Part shown: in pieces, positions 35,511-44,472 of the stretch
How the letters are laid out: every line of letters begins with the position of its first letter
Position numbering within the stretch: position 1 is the stretch's first letter
Origin: Sphingomonas sp.
GTDB taxonomy: Bacteria; Pseudomonadota; Alphaproteobacteria; Sphingomonadales; Sphingomonadaceae
DNA: 64,000 bases
Direction: 5' to 3'
Assembly (NCBI RefSeq): GCF_019749955.1
Contig: NZ_JAIEPC010000017.1
Location: 383 to 64,382, forward strand
Notes under the pieces: model-generated
What the model was told of the DNA's origin: nothing
Database searches by the model: none
The model's input: the letters and a program-made list of their open reading frames with translations, nothing else
Position numbers and translations under genes: made by a program

Positions 35511-36737
35511 ATGGGCTATGACCGGCGCATCGTCGCCATCGTGCTGGCGGCGGTGCTGATCGATACGATCGGCTTTGGCATCGTGATCCCGATTCTGCCG
35601 CAGCTCATCACCGATCTGGGCCAGGTCGATCTGGAGCAGGCGACGCGGATTTCGGGCTATCTGCTCGGCGTCTATGCGCTGACGCAATTCGTCGCCGGGC
35701 CGGTGCTCGGCAATTTGAGCGACCGGTACGGGCGGCGCCCGGTGATGATCGCGTCGATGCTGTCGTTCGGCGCGGATTACGCGCTGATGGCGTTTGCGCC
35801 AACCCTCGCCTGGCTCTTCCTCGGCCGCGCGCTAGCCGGGATTTGCGGCGCGATTTACGGCCCGGCAAGTGCTGCACTCGCCGACGCCAGCACGCCCGAA
35901 AAGCGCGGCACGGTGTTCGGCTGGATCGGCGCCGCCTTTGGCTTGGGCTTCATCATTGGCCCCGCGATTGGCGGCCTGCTCGCCGGGCTGGGGCCGCGTG
36001 CGCCGTTTCTGGCGGCGGCGCTGCTCGCGGCTGTCAACGCAGCGGCAATGCTGGCGTTTCTGCCCGAATCGCTCGCGCCCGAAAACCGGCGCCCGTTCGA
36101 GTGGCGCAGCGCAAACGTCGCCAGCGCCTTCCGGCCGCTGTTCAAATGCGGTGAGGCCGCGCCGTTGCTGATCGCGTGGTTCTGCTGGATTCTGGCGAAC
36201 AATGTCTATCCGGCGACCTGGTCGTTCTGGAGCGCGGCGCGCTTTGGCTGGGATGCGGCGGCGATCGGCTGGTCGCTGGCCTTTGTCGGGCTGGTGATGA
36301 CGCTGGTGCAGATCTTCCTGACCGGGCCGATCATCGCCAAACTGGGTGAGCGACGGTCGGTCGTCATCGGTCTGGCGAGCGGCATGGGGGCATTTCTGGG
36401 CTATGTATTCGTGACGCAAGGGTGGCACGCCTATGCGATTTTTCTGGTCAGTGGCCTTTCGGCGCTGGTGTTTCCAGCCATGAACGGACTGCTATCACGG
36501 CTGGTCGACGCATCGCATCAGGGCGCGCTGCAGGGCGGCATCGGCAGCATGAGCAGCCTCGCCTCGATCCTCGCCCCGCTGCTGCTGACCCAGGCGCTGG
36601 CGGAAGGCGTCGCGCGCGGCTTTCCCGGCGCGGCATTCCTGCTTGCGGGGATATTGGCGGGCGTGGCCTTGCTCATCATCGTTGCCAAAGTGCTGGGTCG
36701 CGTGCCGCCGAAGGAAGTGGCGGCGGCGGGCGGTTAA
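35511..36737 (+). CDS. MFS transporter, TetA/TCR-like efflux type
   Basis: The N-terminus IDTIGFGIVIPILPQLI and motif A GNLSDRYGRRP are present. About 12 TM segments. Confidence 0.88.
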   Translation: MGYDRRIVAIVLAAVLIDTIGFGIVIPILPQLITDLGQVDLEQATRISGYLLGVYALTQFVAGPVLGNLSDRYGRRPVMIASMLSFGADYALMAFAPTLAWLFLGRALAGICGAIYGPASAALADASTPEKRGTVFGWIGAAFGLGFIIGPAIGGLLAGLGPRAPFLAAALLAAVNAAAMLAFLPESLAPENRRPFEWRSANVASAFRPLFKCGEAAPLLIAWFCWILANNVYPATWSFWSAARFGWDAAAIGWSLAFVGLVMTLVQIFLTGPIIAKLGERRSVVIGLASGMGAFLGYVFVTQGWHAYAIFLVSGLSALVFPAMNGLLSRLVDASHQGALQGGIGSMSSLASILAPLLLTQALAEGVARGFPGAAFLLAGILAGVALLIIVAKVLGRVPPKEVAAAGG

Positions 36738-36751
36738 GACCTGATGACGAT

Positions 36752-36828
36752 CCGTTCGTTTCGAGCGCAGTCGAGAAACAAGCTCCAAGCGATGCGCATC
36801 GTGTCTCGACTTCGCTCGACACAAACGG
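36752..36828. repeat. palindromic intergenic repeat, family A, copy 4
   Basis: CCGTTCGTTTCGAGCGCAGTCGAGAAAC...GTGTCTCGACTTCGCTCGACACAAACGG, lying between convergent stops. Confidence 0.85.
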
Positions 36829-36863
36829 CGAAAGGGATTGGATTAGCCCGAATCTTTGCCGCG

Positions 36864-37655
36864 TTACCCCTCTTTCCCCGGCCGCCGGCTCAGCGCGACG
36901 TCGAGGTGCCCGCCGGCATCGACGAGCATCACTTCGCCCGTCACGCTCCGCATCGCCGGGTCGAGCAGGTTGACGACGGGCGCCGCGACATCGGGGGCCA
37001 TCGTCGCGAGCGCCATCGGCACGCTGGCCGCGATCCGCTCGTTGAGCTTGGCGAAACCCACAGCGCCCAGCCGCTTTTCGAACCAGCCGGTGCCGACATA
37101 GCCCGGCGCCACCGCATTCACCCGGATGGCAGGCGCCATCACCCGCGCAAGGCTCTTGGTCATCGTGATCAGCGCACCTTTGGAGGCAGCATAAGCAACC
37201 GACGATCCCATGCCAAACACGCCCGCGACCGAGGCGATGTTGACCACTGCGCTGGCATCCCCCGCCTTCAACGCGGGCGCACAGGCACGCACCATCTGGA
37301 AGGCGCCGATGACGTTGAGCTGATAAATGTCGATGAAATCTGCGCCCGACAGCGCGTCGAGATCTTCGTGCGCGGCAAATTTGGTGCGGCCCGAATTGTT
37401 GACGAGGAAATCGATGCGGCCAAAGGCGTCGGTCGCGGCCTTCGCCAGCGCACGGCACTGCGCGTCGTCGGTGATGTCGGCCTGCACCGCAATTGCCCCG
37501 CCGCTCACTTCAGCGGCGAGCGCCTCGGCATCATCGCGACTCGACGCATAGTTGATGACGCAGTGGACCCCGCGCGCGGCGAGCAGCCGCACCGTCGCCG
37601 CGCCAATCCCCGTCCCGCCGCCGGTGACGACGGCAACGCGCCCCTCCCAGCTCAT
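36864..37655 (-). CDS. SDR family oxidoreductase
   Basis: The ATG at 37655 overlaps the GST stop (ATGA). Motifs are VTGGGTGIGAAT, YAASKGA and NAVAPG. Confidence 0.88.
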   Translation of the reverse strand: MSWEGRVAVVTGGGTGIGAATVRLLAARGVHCVINYASSRDDAEALAAEVSGGAIAVQADITDDAQCRALAKAATDAFGRIDFLVNNSGRTKFAAHEDLDALSGADFIDIYQLNVIGAFQMVRACAPALKAGDASAVVNIASVAGVFGMGSSVAYAASKGALITMTKSLARVMAPAIRVNAVAPGYVGTGWFEKRLGAVGFAKLNERIAASVPMALATMAPDVAAPVVNLLDPAMRSVTGEVMLVDAGGHLDVALSRRPGKEG

Positions 37656-38266
37656 GCAGCCGCACTCGGCCGCGCGGTGGCGCGGTCGTGCCACGCCTTC
37701 AGCGCCGTCAAATCATCAGGCATCGGCAGCCCAATCCAGGTCGAAAAGTCGATCGTTGTCAGCAGCACGATATCGGCGATCGAGAAATTCTTGCCCGCCA
37801 GCCACTGCCGATCGGTGAGCGCAGTATCGAACTCGCGCATCACCACCAGCGCGCGCTTGCGCTGCGTCTCGCCAAAGTCGGGGAACTGCGGCTTCACCAC
37901 CCGGGCGGTGAAGGGATGGGTATGCATCCACACCATCCCCACCGGAATCATCAGCCGCATTTCCACGCGGCGCACCCACATGTCGACATCGGCAATCCCC
38001 TTGGGGCCGGTGCCGAACATCGGCGGATCGGGATTGAGCGCTTCGAGGAAGCGGCAGATCGACACGCTTTCGGTAATCACCTCGCCATCGTCGAGTTCAA
38101 GCGCCGGGATTTGCCCGAGCGGATTGACGGCCAGAAATTCCTCACCCTTGTGCTCGCCCTCAGGGATCGACAGCACTTTGGTGGTGATCTTCAGGCCCTT
38201 CTCGGCCATAAAAATCCGTACACGCCGAGGGTTAGGGGCCGGGTTGACGGCATCGTAGAACAGCAT
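37652..38266 (-). CDS. glutathione S-transferase
   Basis: Thioredoxin-like N-domain with NPLGQIPALELDDGEVITESVSICRFLE. 204 aa. Confidence 0.88.
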   Translation of the reverse strand: MLFYDAVNPAPNPRRVRIFMAEKGLKITTKVLSIPEGEHKGEEFLAVNPLGQIPALELDDGEVITESVSICRFLEALNPDPPMFGTGPKGIADVDMWVRRVEMRLMIPVGMVWMHTHPFTARVVKPQFPDFGETQRKRALVVMREFDTALTDRQWLAGKNFSIADIVLLTTIDFSTWIGLPMPDDLTALKAWHDRATARPSAAA

Positions 38267-38353
38267 GAACTTTGGCTCCCGGTCACGTTTTCGAAGATCG
38301 CGTATGGCATTTTGGTAGCGGCTCGCCTAGCGCTTCGCTCAATCGGAGGGGAT

Positions 38354-39877
38354 ATGGACGCCGCGACCCAGCTTGCCAGCGACTTTGCCGCGCTGCCGGA
38401 GATCATCCGCGCGCATGGCATCGAGCGCGGCGCCAAGACCGCGATCGTCGGCGAGGACGGCGCGCTGAGCTATGCCGCGCTTGATGCCGCGATGGACCGG
38501 ATCGCAGCGGCGCTCCAGCGCGATGGTTTGGCGCACGCACAGGCGGTCGCAATCGTTGGGGCGCCTTCGGTCGCTTGTGCGACAGTGTTCCTCGCGACCC
38601 TGCGCGCTGGCGGCGCTGCCACCCCGCTGGCACCGGGATCGACGCCCGAACAGCTCGCCGCGATGATCAATGATTGCGGCGCAGCGCATGTCTTCGTCGA
38701 CGCGAACGCGCGGGCAGCGCTCGCCGGCCAGCCCATCGCCGCGCGGATGATCGAGCTCGGCAGCGCGGACTTCGACGCCTGGCTCGCCCAGGAAGGCACC
38801 CGCCCCGCCCCGGTCGAGATCGCGCCCGCCGACCCCTTCAACATCATCTATTCCTCGGGCACCACCGGCACGCCCAAGGGGATCGTCCAGAGCCACGCGA
38901 TGCGCTGGGCGCATATCCACCGCAATGCCGCCGCCGGGTTCGGCGACGCGGTGACGATGGTCGCCACGCCGCTCTATTCGAACACCACATTGGTCGTATT
39001 CCTGCCGACGATCGGCTGGGGCGGCACCGCCGTCATCATGGCCAAGTTCGACGCGCGCCGATTCCTCGAAATGGCCGAGGCCAACCGCGCAACGCATGCG
39101 ATGCTGGTGCCGGTGCAATATAGCCGCATCATGGCAATCCCCGATTTCGACGCCTTCGACCTGTCCAGCTTCCGGCTCAAGACCTGCACGTCGGCGCCTT
39201 TCTCGGCCAAGCTCAAGGCCGATGTTTGCGCGCGCTGGCCGGGGTTGCTGGTCGAATATTATGGCATGACCGAAGGTGGCGGCACGACGATCCTCAATTG
39301 CACACTCAACCCCACCAAGCTGCACAGCGTCGGCCTGGCCGCCGAGGGGCACGACATCCGCCTGATCGACGATGATGGCAACGAAGTAGCCGCCGGTGAG
39401 ATGGGCGAGGTGGTCGGCCGGTCACCCGCGATGATGAACGGCTATCACGGCCGCCCCGACGCAACCGCCGCCGCCGAATGGCACGACGGTGAGGGCAACC
39501 GCTACATCCGCCACGGCGATGTCGGGCGCTTCGACGAAGACGGCTTCCTGATCCTGATGGACCGCAAGAAGGACCTGATCATCTCGGGCGGGTTCAACAT
39601 TTACCCCAGCGACTTGGAAGCCGTGCTGCGCACTCACCCGCAAGTCGCCGATTGCGCCGTGGTCGGCGTGCCGAGCAAAGCCTGGGGCGAAACGCCGGTG
39701 GGTTTTTTCGTGGCGAATGGCGGTGCCGATGCGGCGGCAATCCTCGCCGATACCAACGCCAAGCTCGGCAAGACCCAACGCCTCGCTGATCTGGTTGCGG
39801 TCGATGAACTGCCGAGGAGCGCGATCGGCAAAGTGCTCAAGCGCGAATTGCGCGATCAATGGAAAGCCATAGCATGA
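38354..39877 (+). CDS. AMP-dependent acyl-CoA synthetase/ligase
   Basis: The ATG at 38354 follows GGAGGGG. Motifs are IIYSSGTTGTPKG, YGMTEGG and a C-terminal PRSAIGKVLK. The track ORF start at 37688 is an antisense run-on. Confidence 0.9.
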   Translation: MDAATQLASDFAALPEIIRAHGIERGAKTAIVGEDGALSYAALDAAMDRIAAALQRDGLAHAQAVAIVGAPSVACATVFLATLRAGGAATPLAPGSTPEQLAAMINDCGAAHVFVDANARAALAGQPIAARMIELGSADFDAWLAQEGTRPAPVEIAPADPFNIIYSSGTTGTPKGIVQSHAMRWAHIHRNAAAGFGDAVTMVATPLYSNTTLVVFLPTIGWGGTAVIMAKFDARRFLEMAEANRATHAMLVPVQYSRIMAIPDFDAFDLSSFRLKTCTSAPFSAKLKADVCARWPGLLVEYYGMTEGGGTTILNCTLNPTKLHSVGLAAEGHDIRLIDDDGNEVAAGEMGEVVGRSPAMMNGYHGRPDATAAAEWHDGEGNRYIRHGDVGRFDEDGFLILMDRKKDLIISGGFNIYPSDLEAVLRTHPQVADCAVVGVPSKAWGETPVGFFVANGGADAAAILADTNAKLGKTQRLADLVAVDELPRSAIGKVLKRELRDQWKAIA

Positions 39878-40650
39878 CGACGCTTGCCGAAATTCTTGGC
39901 CAGACCACGCCGATCGAGGGCGGCTTTGTCGGCGCAATCCCGACCGACTGGATGCAGGGGCGCACCAGCTATGGCGGACTGTCGGCGGCACTCGCGCTGC
40001 ATGCCGCGCAGCAATGCGAGCCCGATCTGCCGCCGCTGCGATCGGCGCAAGTGTCGTTCATCGGCCCACTGGCGGGAGAGGTTCGCGTCACCGCCACCAA
40101 GCTGCGGCGCGGGCGCACAGCGGCGTTCATTCAGGCCGATGTCGTGTCCGATGCCGGGTTAGGCCTGCGCGCCACTTTCGTGTTCATGGCCGACCAGCCC
40201 TCGGTTGTGGACTTCGACCAGCGCCCACCGGTTGATCGTCGCCCGCCCGAACCCGGCACCAAGTTATGGAGCGGGCCGGAGGGATTCTTCGCCCAGAATT
40301 TCGAATTCTTCGACATGAAAGAGCCCGAGATCGGCCCCGCCGAGTTGCTGCGCTGGGGCCGGATGAAGGCCTTTGAAGGGATCGACCCTATGGTGCATGT
40401 GATGGCGATCGCCGACGGCATGCCGCCCGCCGCGATCCGGCTGTTCGGGCAGCAGATGGGGCCGATCAGCTCGCTCACCTGGATCGTCAATCTGCTCACG
40501 CCGACGCCATCGACGACCGACGGCTGGTGGCTGCTGCGCGCGCAGTCGGACTATGCCCGCAACGGCTGTTCGAGCCAGTCGATGGCGCTCTGGAATGCCG
40601 ACGGGCAGCTTATCGCCGAAGGGATGCAAAGCGTCGCGATCTTCGCCTGA
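39874..40650 (+). CDS. acyl-CoA thioesterase (TesB-like double hot-dog family)
   Basis: The ATG at 39874 overlaps the ligase stop (ATGA). Motifs are GRTSYGGLSAALAL and a C-terminal hot-dog half. Confidence 0.7.
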   Translation: MTTLAEILGQTTPIEGGFVGAIPTDWMQGRTSYGGLSAALALHAAQQCEPDLPPLRSAQVSFIGPLAGEVRVTATKLRRGRTAAFIQADVVSDAGLGLRATFVFMADQPSVVDFDQRPPVDRRPPEPGTKLWSGPEGFFAQNFEFFDMKEPEIGPAELLRWGRMKAFEGIDPMVHVMAIADGMPPAAIRLFGQQMGPISSLTWIVNLLTPTPSTTDGWWLLRAQSDYARNGCSSQSMALWNADGQLIAEGMQSVAIFA

Positions 40651-40774
40651 CGCTGCCCTGCTGCGACAAATTGCGACAATTCGGGCATCCGATGACAAAA
40701 GCGCGCGACATCTGGGCGCGAAAAGTTGGTCGACAGGTCACGCGTTGCTGACGCGATCAGGAAAAGGAACGACC

Positions 40775-41554
40775 ATGAGGCATTGGATCACCGCCACGGC
40801 GCTTGCCGGGATTGTCATGTCGAGCGCGGCCTGCGCGCAGCCCGCACCGCAGCAGGGCCCGAGCCCGAGTAAGGCCGATCGTCGCGCGGTGCGGCTCGGT
40901 GACGGCAATGGCGACGGCGTCGTCACCCGCGCCGAATTCCTCGCGCAGGCGGCCAAGCGCTTCGACATGATGGACGCAAACAAGGACGGTCAGCTTACGC
41001 CTGAAGAGCGCAAGACCGCACGCGACACGATGCGCGCTGAGCACCCGGGTGGGCCAGGCGGCATGGGACCTGACGGCATGGGTCCGGGCGGCCCCGGCGG
41101 CGACAAGGCAGGCGGACCCGGCATGCCCCCGCCGCCCGGTGGCGCAGGTCCGCGCGGACCCGGCGGCGGCGGTGGTGGCGGGATGCTCGCGCGGCTCGAC
41201 ACCAATGGCGACGGCAAGGTCACGCGGGCCGAATATGTGGCGCCCTTCGACCTTCTCGATGCCAATAAGGACGGCTTCATCGACGCGACCGAGCGCGCCG
41301 CGATCCCGCAGGGCGGGTCTGGCGGCGGTGGCGCAGGCGGCGGCGGGCGGATGGCCCGGCTCGACCGCAATGGCGACGGCAAGCTTAGCCGCGCCGAGTT
41401 CGAGGCCCCGTTCGCCCGGATCGACACCAACAACGACGGCATAGTCGACGCCAGCGAGCGGGATGCCATTCGCGCACGCCTCGGCGCGGGCGGTGGACGG
41501 CGCTTCGGCGGGCAAGGGCCGCGTGCATCCGAAGCGGAACTTCAGCCGCAATAA
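40775..41554 (+). CDS. periplasmic EF-hand calcium-binding protein (six EF loops, G/P-rich linkers)
   Basis: The signal peptide is MRHWITATALAGIVMSSAACA-Q. Six canonical 12-residue loops are present: DGNGDGVVTRAE, DANKDGQLTPEE, DTNGDGKVTRAE, DANKDGFIDATE, DRNGDGKLSRAE and DTNNDGIVDASE. Confidence 0.88.
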   Translation: MRHWITATALAGIVMSSAACAQPAPQQGPSPSKADRRAVRLGDGNGDGVVTRAEFLAQAAKRFDMMDANKDGQLTPEERKTARDTMRAEHPGGPGGMGPDGMGPGGPGGDKAGGPGMPPPPGGAGPRGPGGGGGGGMLARLDTNGDGKVTRAEYVAPFDLLDANKDGFIDATERAAIPQGGSGGGGAGGGGRMARLDRNGDGKLSRAEFEAPFARIDTNNDGIVDASERDAIRARLGAGGGRRFGGQGPRASEAELQPQ

Positions 41555-41587
41555 GCCCACCGAGATACCGGGGATTTTCCCTGGTTG

Positions 41588-41620
41588 CCGGGCGGACACA
41601 TCCCCTCCCCGTCCGCCCGG
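41588..41620 (+). other. 10-bp GC stem-loop between the EF-hand gene and the response regulator gene
   Basis: CCGGGCGGAC-N13-GTCCGCCCGG with no U-tract. It could be a partial terminator or a processing site. Confidence 0.4.
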
Positions 41621-41650
41621 CCCTACCCCTTGCACGAACTGACAAAGCCT

Positions 41651-42388
41651 ATGCTAAACCCGAATGTCATGGCCGATCAGCCCCATTTGCTGCTTGTCGA
41701 CGACGAGCGATCGATCCGCGAGCCGCTGGCGCAATTCCTGTCGCGCCAGGGTTTTCGGGTCACGCAAGCCGCCGATGCCGAAGCCGCGCGGACGCGGCTG
41801 GCGGCCTATGCAATCGATCTCGCCATCCTCGACATCATGATGCCGGGGGAGGATGGCCTCAGCCTGACGCGGCACGTGCGCGCGACCAGCGACGTGCCCG
41901 TCATCCTGCTGACCGCGCGGAGCGAAGAGACCGACCGCATCGTCGGGCTGGAGATGGGCGCGGACGATTATGTCGTGAAGCCCTTTTCGCCGCGCGAACT
42001 GGCGACGCGGGTCAAGGTCGTGCTGCGGCGTGCGGCCAATGGCGGCGCGCGGCTCCACCCGCCCGAGGCCAATGCTTACGGCTTTGCCGGCTGGGTGCTC
42101 AAGACCGGCGAGCGCGCGCTCGTCGACCGCGAGGGTGTGTCGGTCGCGCTGTCGACGGGCGAATATAATCTGCTGCTCGCGCTGGTTCAGCGCCCGCGTC
42201 AGGTGTTGACGCGCGACCAGTTGCTCGATCTGACGCAGGGCCGCGAAGCCGCTGCGTTCGACCGCGCAATTGACAATCAGGTCAGCCGCTTACGCCGGAA
42301 GATTGAGTCCGACCCCAAGCTGCCCGACATCATCAAGACCGTCTGGGGCGGCGGTTATACGCTGGCGGCTGAAGTCCACCGGCTGTGA
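41651..42388 (+). CDS. OmpR-family response regulator
   Basis: The receiver domain shows LLVDDE and DLAILDIMMPGEDG. The winged-helix output domain ends in VWGGGYTL. An alternative ATG lies at 41669. Confidence 0.9.
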   Translation: MLNPNVMADQPHLLLVDDERSIREPLAQFLSRQGFRVTQAADAEAARTRLAAYAIDLAILDIMMPGEDGLSLTRHVRATSDVPVILLTARSEETDRIVGLEMGADDYVVKPFSPRELATRVKVVLRRAANGGARLHPPEANAYGFAGWVLKTGERALVDREGVSVALSTGEYNLLLALVQRPRQVLTRDQLLDLTQGREAAAFDRAIDNQVSRLRRKIESDPKLPDIIKTVWGGGYTLAAEVHRL

Positions 42389-42395
42389 ACCACCC

Positions 42396-43754
42396 GTGAC
42401 CCTTGGTCGGCTGTGGCCGCGCAGCCTGCCCGGCCAATTGGCGATGCTGGTCGCGATTGCGCTGTTCGTGGCGCAGGCAATCAATTTCGCGCTGATCTTC
42501 GAAGCACGGCGGCAGGCGCGGCTGCAAGGCGTGGTCGGCCCGGCCGCCGCGCGCATCGCTGATGTCGAAGACCGGATTGCCGCTGGCCGTTTCCGCCAGC
42601 CGGGTGACGGGCGCGGGCGCATCCAGTTGGTGCCGCGTGATCCGCTCAGCGGAAGCACCACAAGGCTAACCGAAATCGAAACGGCACTGCGCAGCGAGTT
42701 GATCGAGCTCGGCCTGAAGCCCGGTCAAATCGACTCCGCTGTGCGCCCGGTTGACCGCAGCGACCCGCGGCTCCAGACTTTCGGGCGGCGGCAAGCCCAG
42801 CGCTACATGCGGTTCGGCGCGGAGCTTGTGGTCGCCGTCGAACGCCCGGACCATGGCGGCTGGCTGGTGCTGCGCGCGCCGTGGCAGCGGGGCGAGCGCG
42901 GGCTGATCGCGACGCTCGTCGCGCAGACGCTGATCCTCTACGTGATCGTGCTGCTGCCGATGCTATGGGCGGCGCGGCGGATTTCCCGGCCCTTGCAAAC
43001 GCTGGCGGCGGCGGCGCGCAGCTATCGCCCCGGCGATATCGCGCCGCCGCTCGACGAGACCGGCCCCAATGACGTGCGCGCGGTGATCGCAGCGTTCAAC
43101 CAGTTGCGGCTGCGCGTGTCGGCGATGCTCGACGAAAAGGATCAGATGCTCGGCGCGATCGGCCATGATCTGCGCACGCCACTCGCCGCGCTGCGCGTGC
43201 GGATCGAATCGGTCGACGATGATCAGGACCGCGCGCGCATGGCCGAGACGATTGACGACATGAGCCGTACGCTCGACGATATCCTCTCGCTCGCGCGGCT
43301 CGGGCGGCCAAGTGAGCCAGTGACAGAGGCCGATCTCGGCGCGCTGGTCGAGGCCGTGGTCGATGATTTCGACGCGCTCGGCGCCGATGTGCAGTTCGCT
43401 GAATCGCCGCGCATCACCCTGAAGCTCCGCCCCGCGCTGATGCGGCGCGCGGTGCGCAATCTGGTCGAAAACGCCGTCAAATATGGCGGATCGGCTGACG
43501 TCAGCATTGCCGCGCGCCCGACCGAGATCGACATCGTCATCGCCGATCGCGGCCCCGGCATCGCGCCCGACAAGATCGCGCATGTTTTCGACGCCTTCAC
43601 TCGGCTCGAGAGCTCGCGCAATCGCGATACCGGCGGCGCAGGCCTCGGCCTGACGCTCGCCCGCGCGATCGTGCGCGAAGCGGGCGGCGACATCAGCTTG
43701 CGCAACCGCGATGGCGGCGGGCTCGACGCGACGATCGTGCTGCCGCGCCGCTAA
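42396..43754 (+). CDS. sensor histidine kinase
   Basis: I chose the GTG at 42396, 8 nt after the regulator stop. Two TM helices flank a periplasmic domain of about 140 aa. The H-box is GAIGHDLRTPLAAL, with an N-box NLVENAVKYG and a G-box DRGPGI...GGAGLGL. Confidence 0.88.
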   Translation: MTLGRLWPRSLPGQLAMLVAIALFVAQAINFALIFEARRQARLQGVVGPAAARIADVEDRIAAGRFRQPGDGRGRIQLVPRDPLSGSTTRLTEIETALRSELIELGLKPGQIDSAVRPVDRSDPRLQTFGRRQAQRYMRFGAELVVAVERPDHGGWLVLRAPWQRGERGLIATLVAQTLILYVIVLLPMLWAARRISRPLQTLAAAARSYRPGDIAPPLDETGPNDVRAVIAAFNQLRLRVSAMLDEKDQMLGAIGHDLRTPLAALRVRIESVDDDQDRARMAETIDDMSRTLDDILSLARLGRPSEPVTEADLGALVEAVVDDFDALGADVQFAESPRITLKLRPALMRRAVRNLVENAVKYGGSADVSIAARPTEIDIVIADRGPGIAPDKIAHVFDAFTRLESSRNRDTGGAGLGLTLARAIVREAGGDISLRNRDGGGLDATIVLPRR

Positions 43755-43782
43755 CGCGAGCGTTCGAAGCGACCGTTGCGCG

Positions 43783-44436
43783 TCAGGGGGTCGACCAACG
43801 CCGCAGGAGGTTATGGTAGAGCGCGGTTAATTCAACGACTTGCGGTGTACCGGTTGCGAGCGACTGGATCGTGCGATCGAGCGCGAACAGCATCGCGCGC
43901 GCCGCATGATCGCGCACCAGGCTCTGGACCCAGAAAAAGGCGGCTTCGCGCTCGCCGAAGGTCACCGGTTCAACGCGGTGCACGCTGCCCGCCGGATAGA
44001 GCAACAGGTCGCCCGCAGCCAGTTTCACGCCCGGCGCGCCATCGATTACGAGCTCGCCCCCGCCATACTCCTCGGGCGGCGTCAGAAACAAGGTCGCCGA
44101 CAGGTCGAGCCGCATCCGCCCGCGCAGCAGCGGCCGGATGGCGTTGTCGACATGGTCGCCATAGCCCTCGCCACGCCCATAGCGGTTGAACAGCGGCGGC
44201 GCGATTTGCGCGGCGAGCGCGGCCGAGGCGAACACGCCGCTACGCGCGAGCGCGTCGAGGATGATCGCGCCTGCGCGGCGCCCGGCCGGATCATCCTCGT
44301 CGAGCTGGCGGTTGCGCTTGACCGCCGCCGATAGCGGACCGGCGGTGGCGCGCCCGTCGACCCACTGACCACCGGCGATCAGCGTGCGCACTTCGGCGAT
44401 TTCGGCGGGCGTCAGGACGCCGGTGATTTCAAGCAT
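43783..44436 (-). CDS. piuC: Fe(II)/2-oxoglutarate-dependent hydroxylase, PiuC family
   Basis: The typical N-terminus is [13 protein letters not shown]...[11 protein letters not shown], with the HVDN iron-binding region and GSVHRVEPV. 217 aa, immediately downstream of a TonB-dependent receptor gene. Confidence 0.8.
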   Translation of the reverse strand: MLEITGVLTPAEIAEVRTLIAGGQWVDGRATAGPLSAAVKRNRQLDEDDPAGRRAGAIILDALARSGVFASAALAAQIAPPLFNRYGRGEGYGDHVDNAIRPLLRGRMRLDLSATLFLTPPEEYGGGELVIDGAPGVKLAAGDLLLYPAGSVHRVEPVTFGEREAAFFWVQSLVRDHAARAMLFALDRTIQSLATGTPQVVELTALYHNLLRRWSTP

Positions 44437-44472
44437 CGCGCTAGGGCTACCCCAGATTATCGCGGCGCGCGC

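Noticed and set aside
37688-38353. The 5' extension of the track ORF 37688-39877, which would give a 729-aa ligase.
   Set aside because: The extension runs antisense through the GST gene. The ligase homology begins at the ATG at 38354, which has a GGAGGGG ribosome-binding site.
41040-41360. Repetitive GGC/GGT-rich DNA that might be a tandem repeat or a CRISPR-like array.
   Set aside because: It is in frame inside the EF-hand gene and encodes the Gly/Pro-rich linkers. There is no regular repeat-spacer periodicity.
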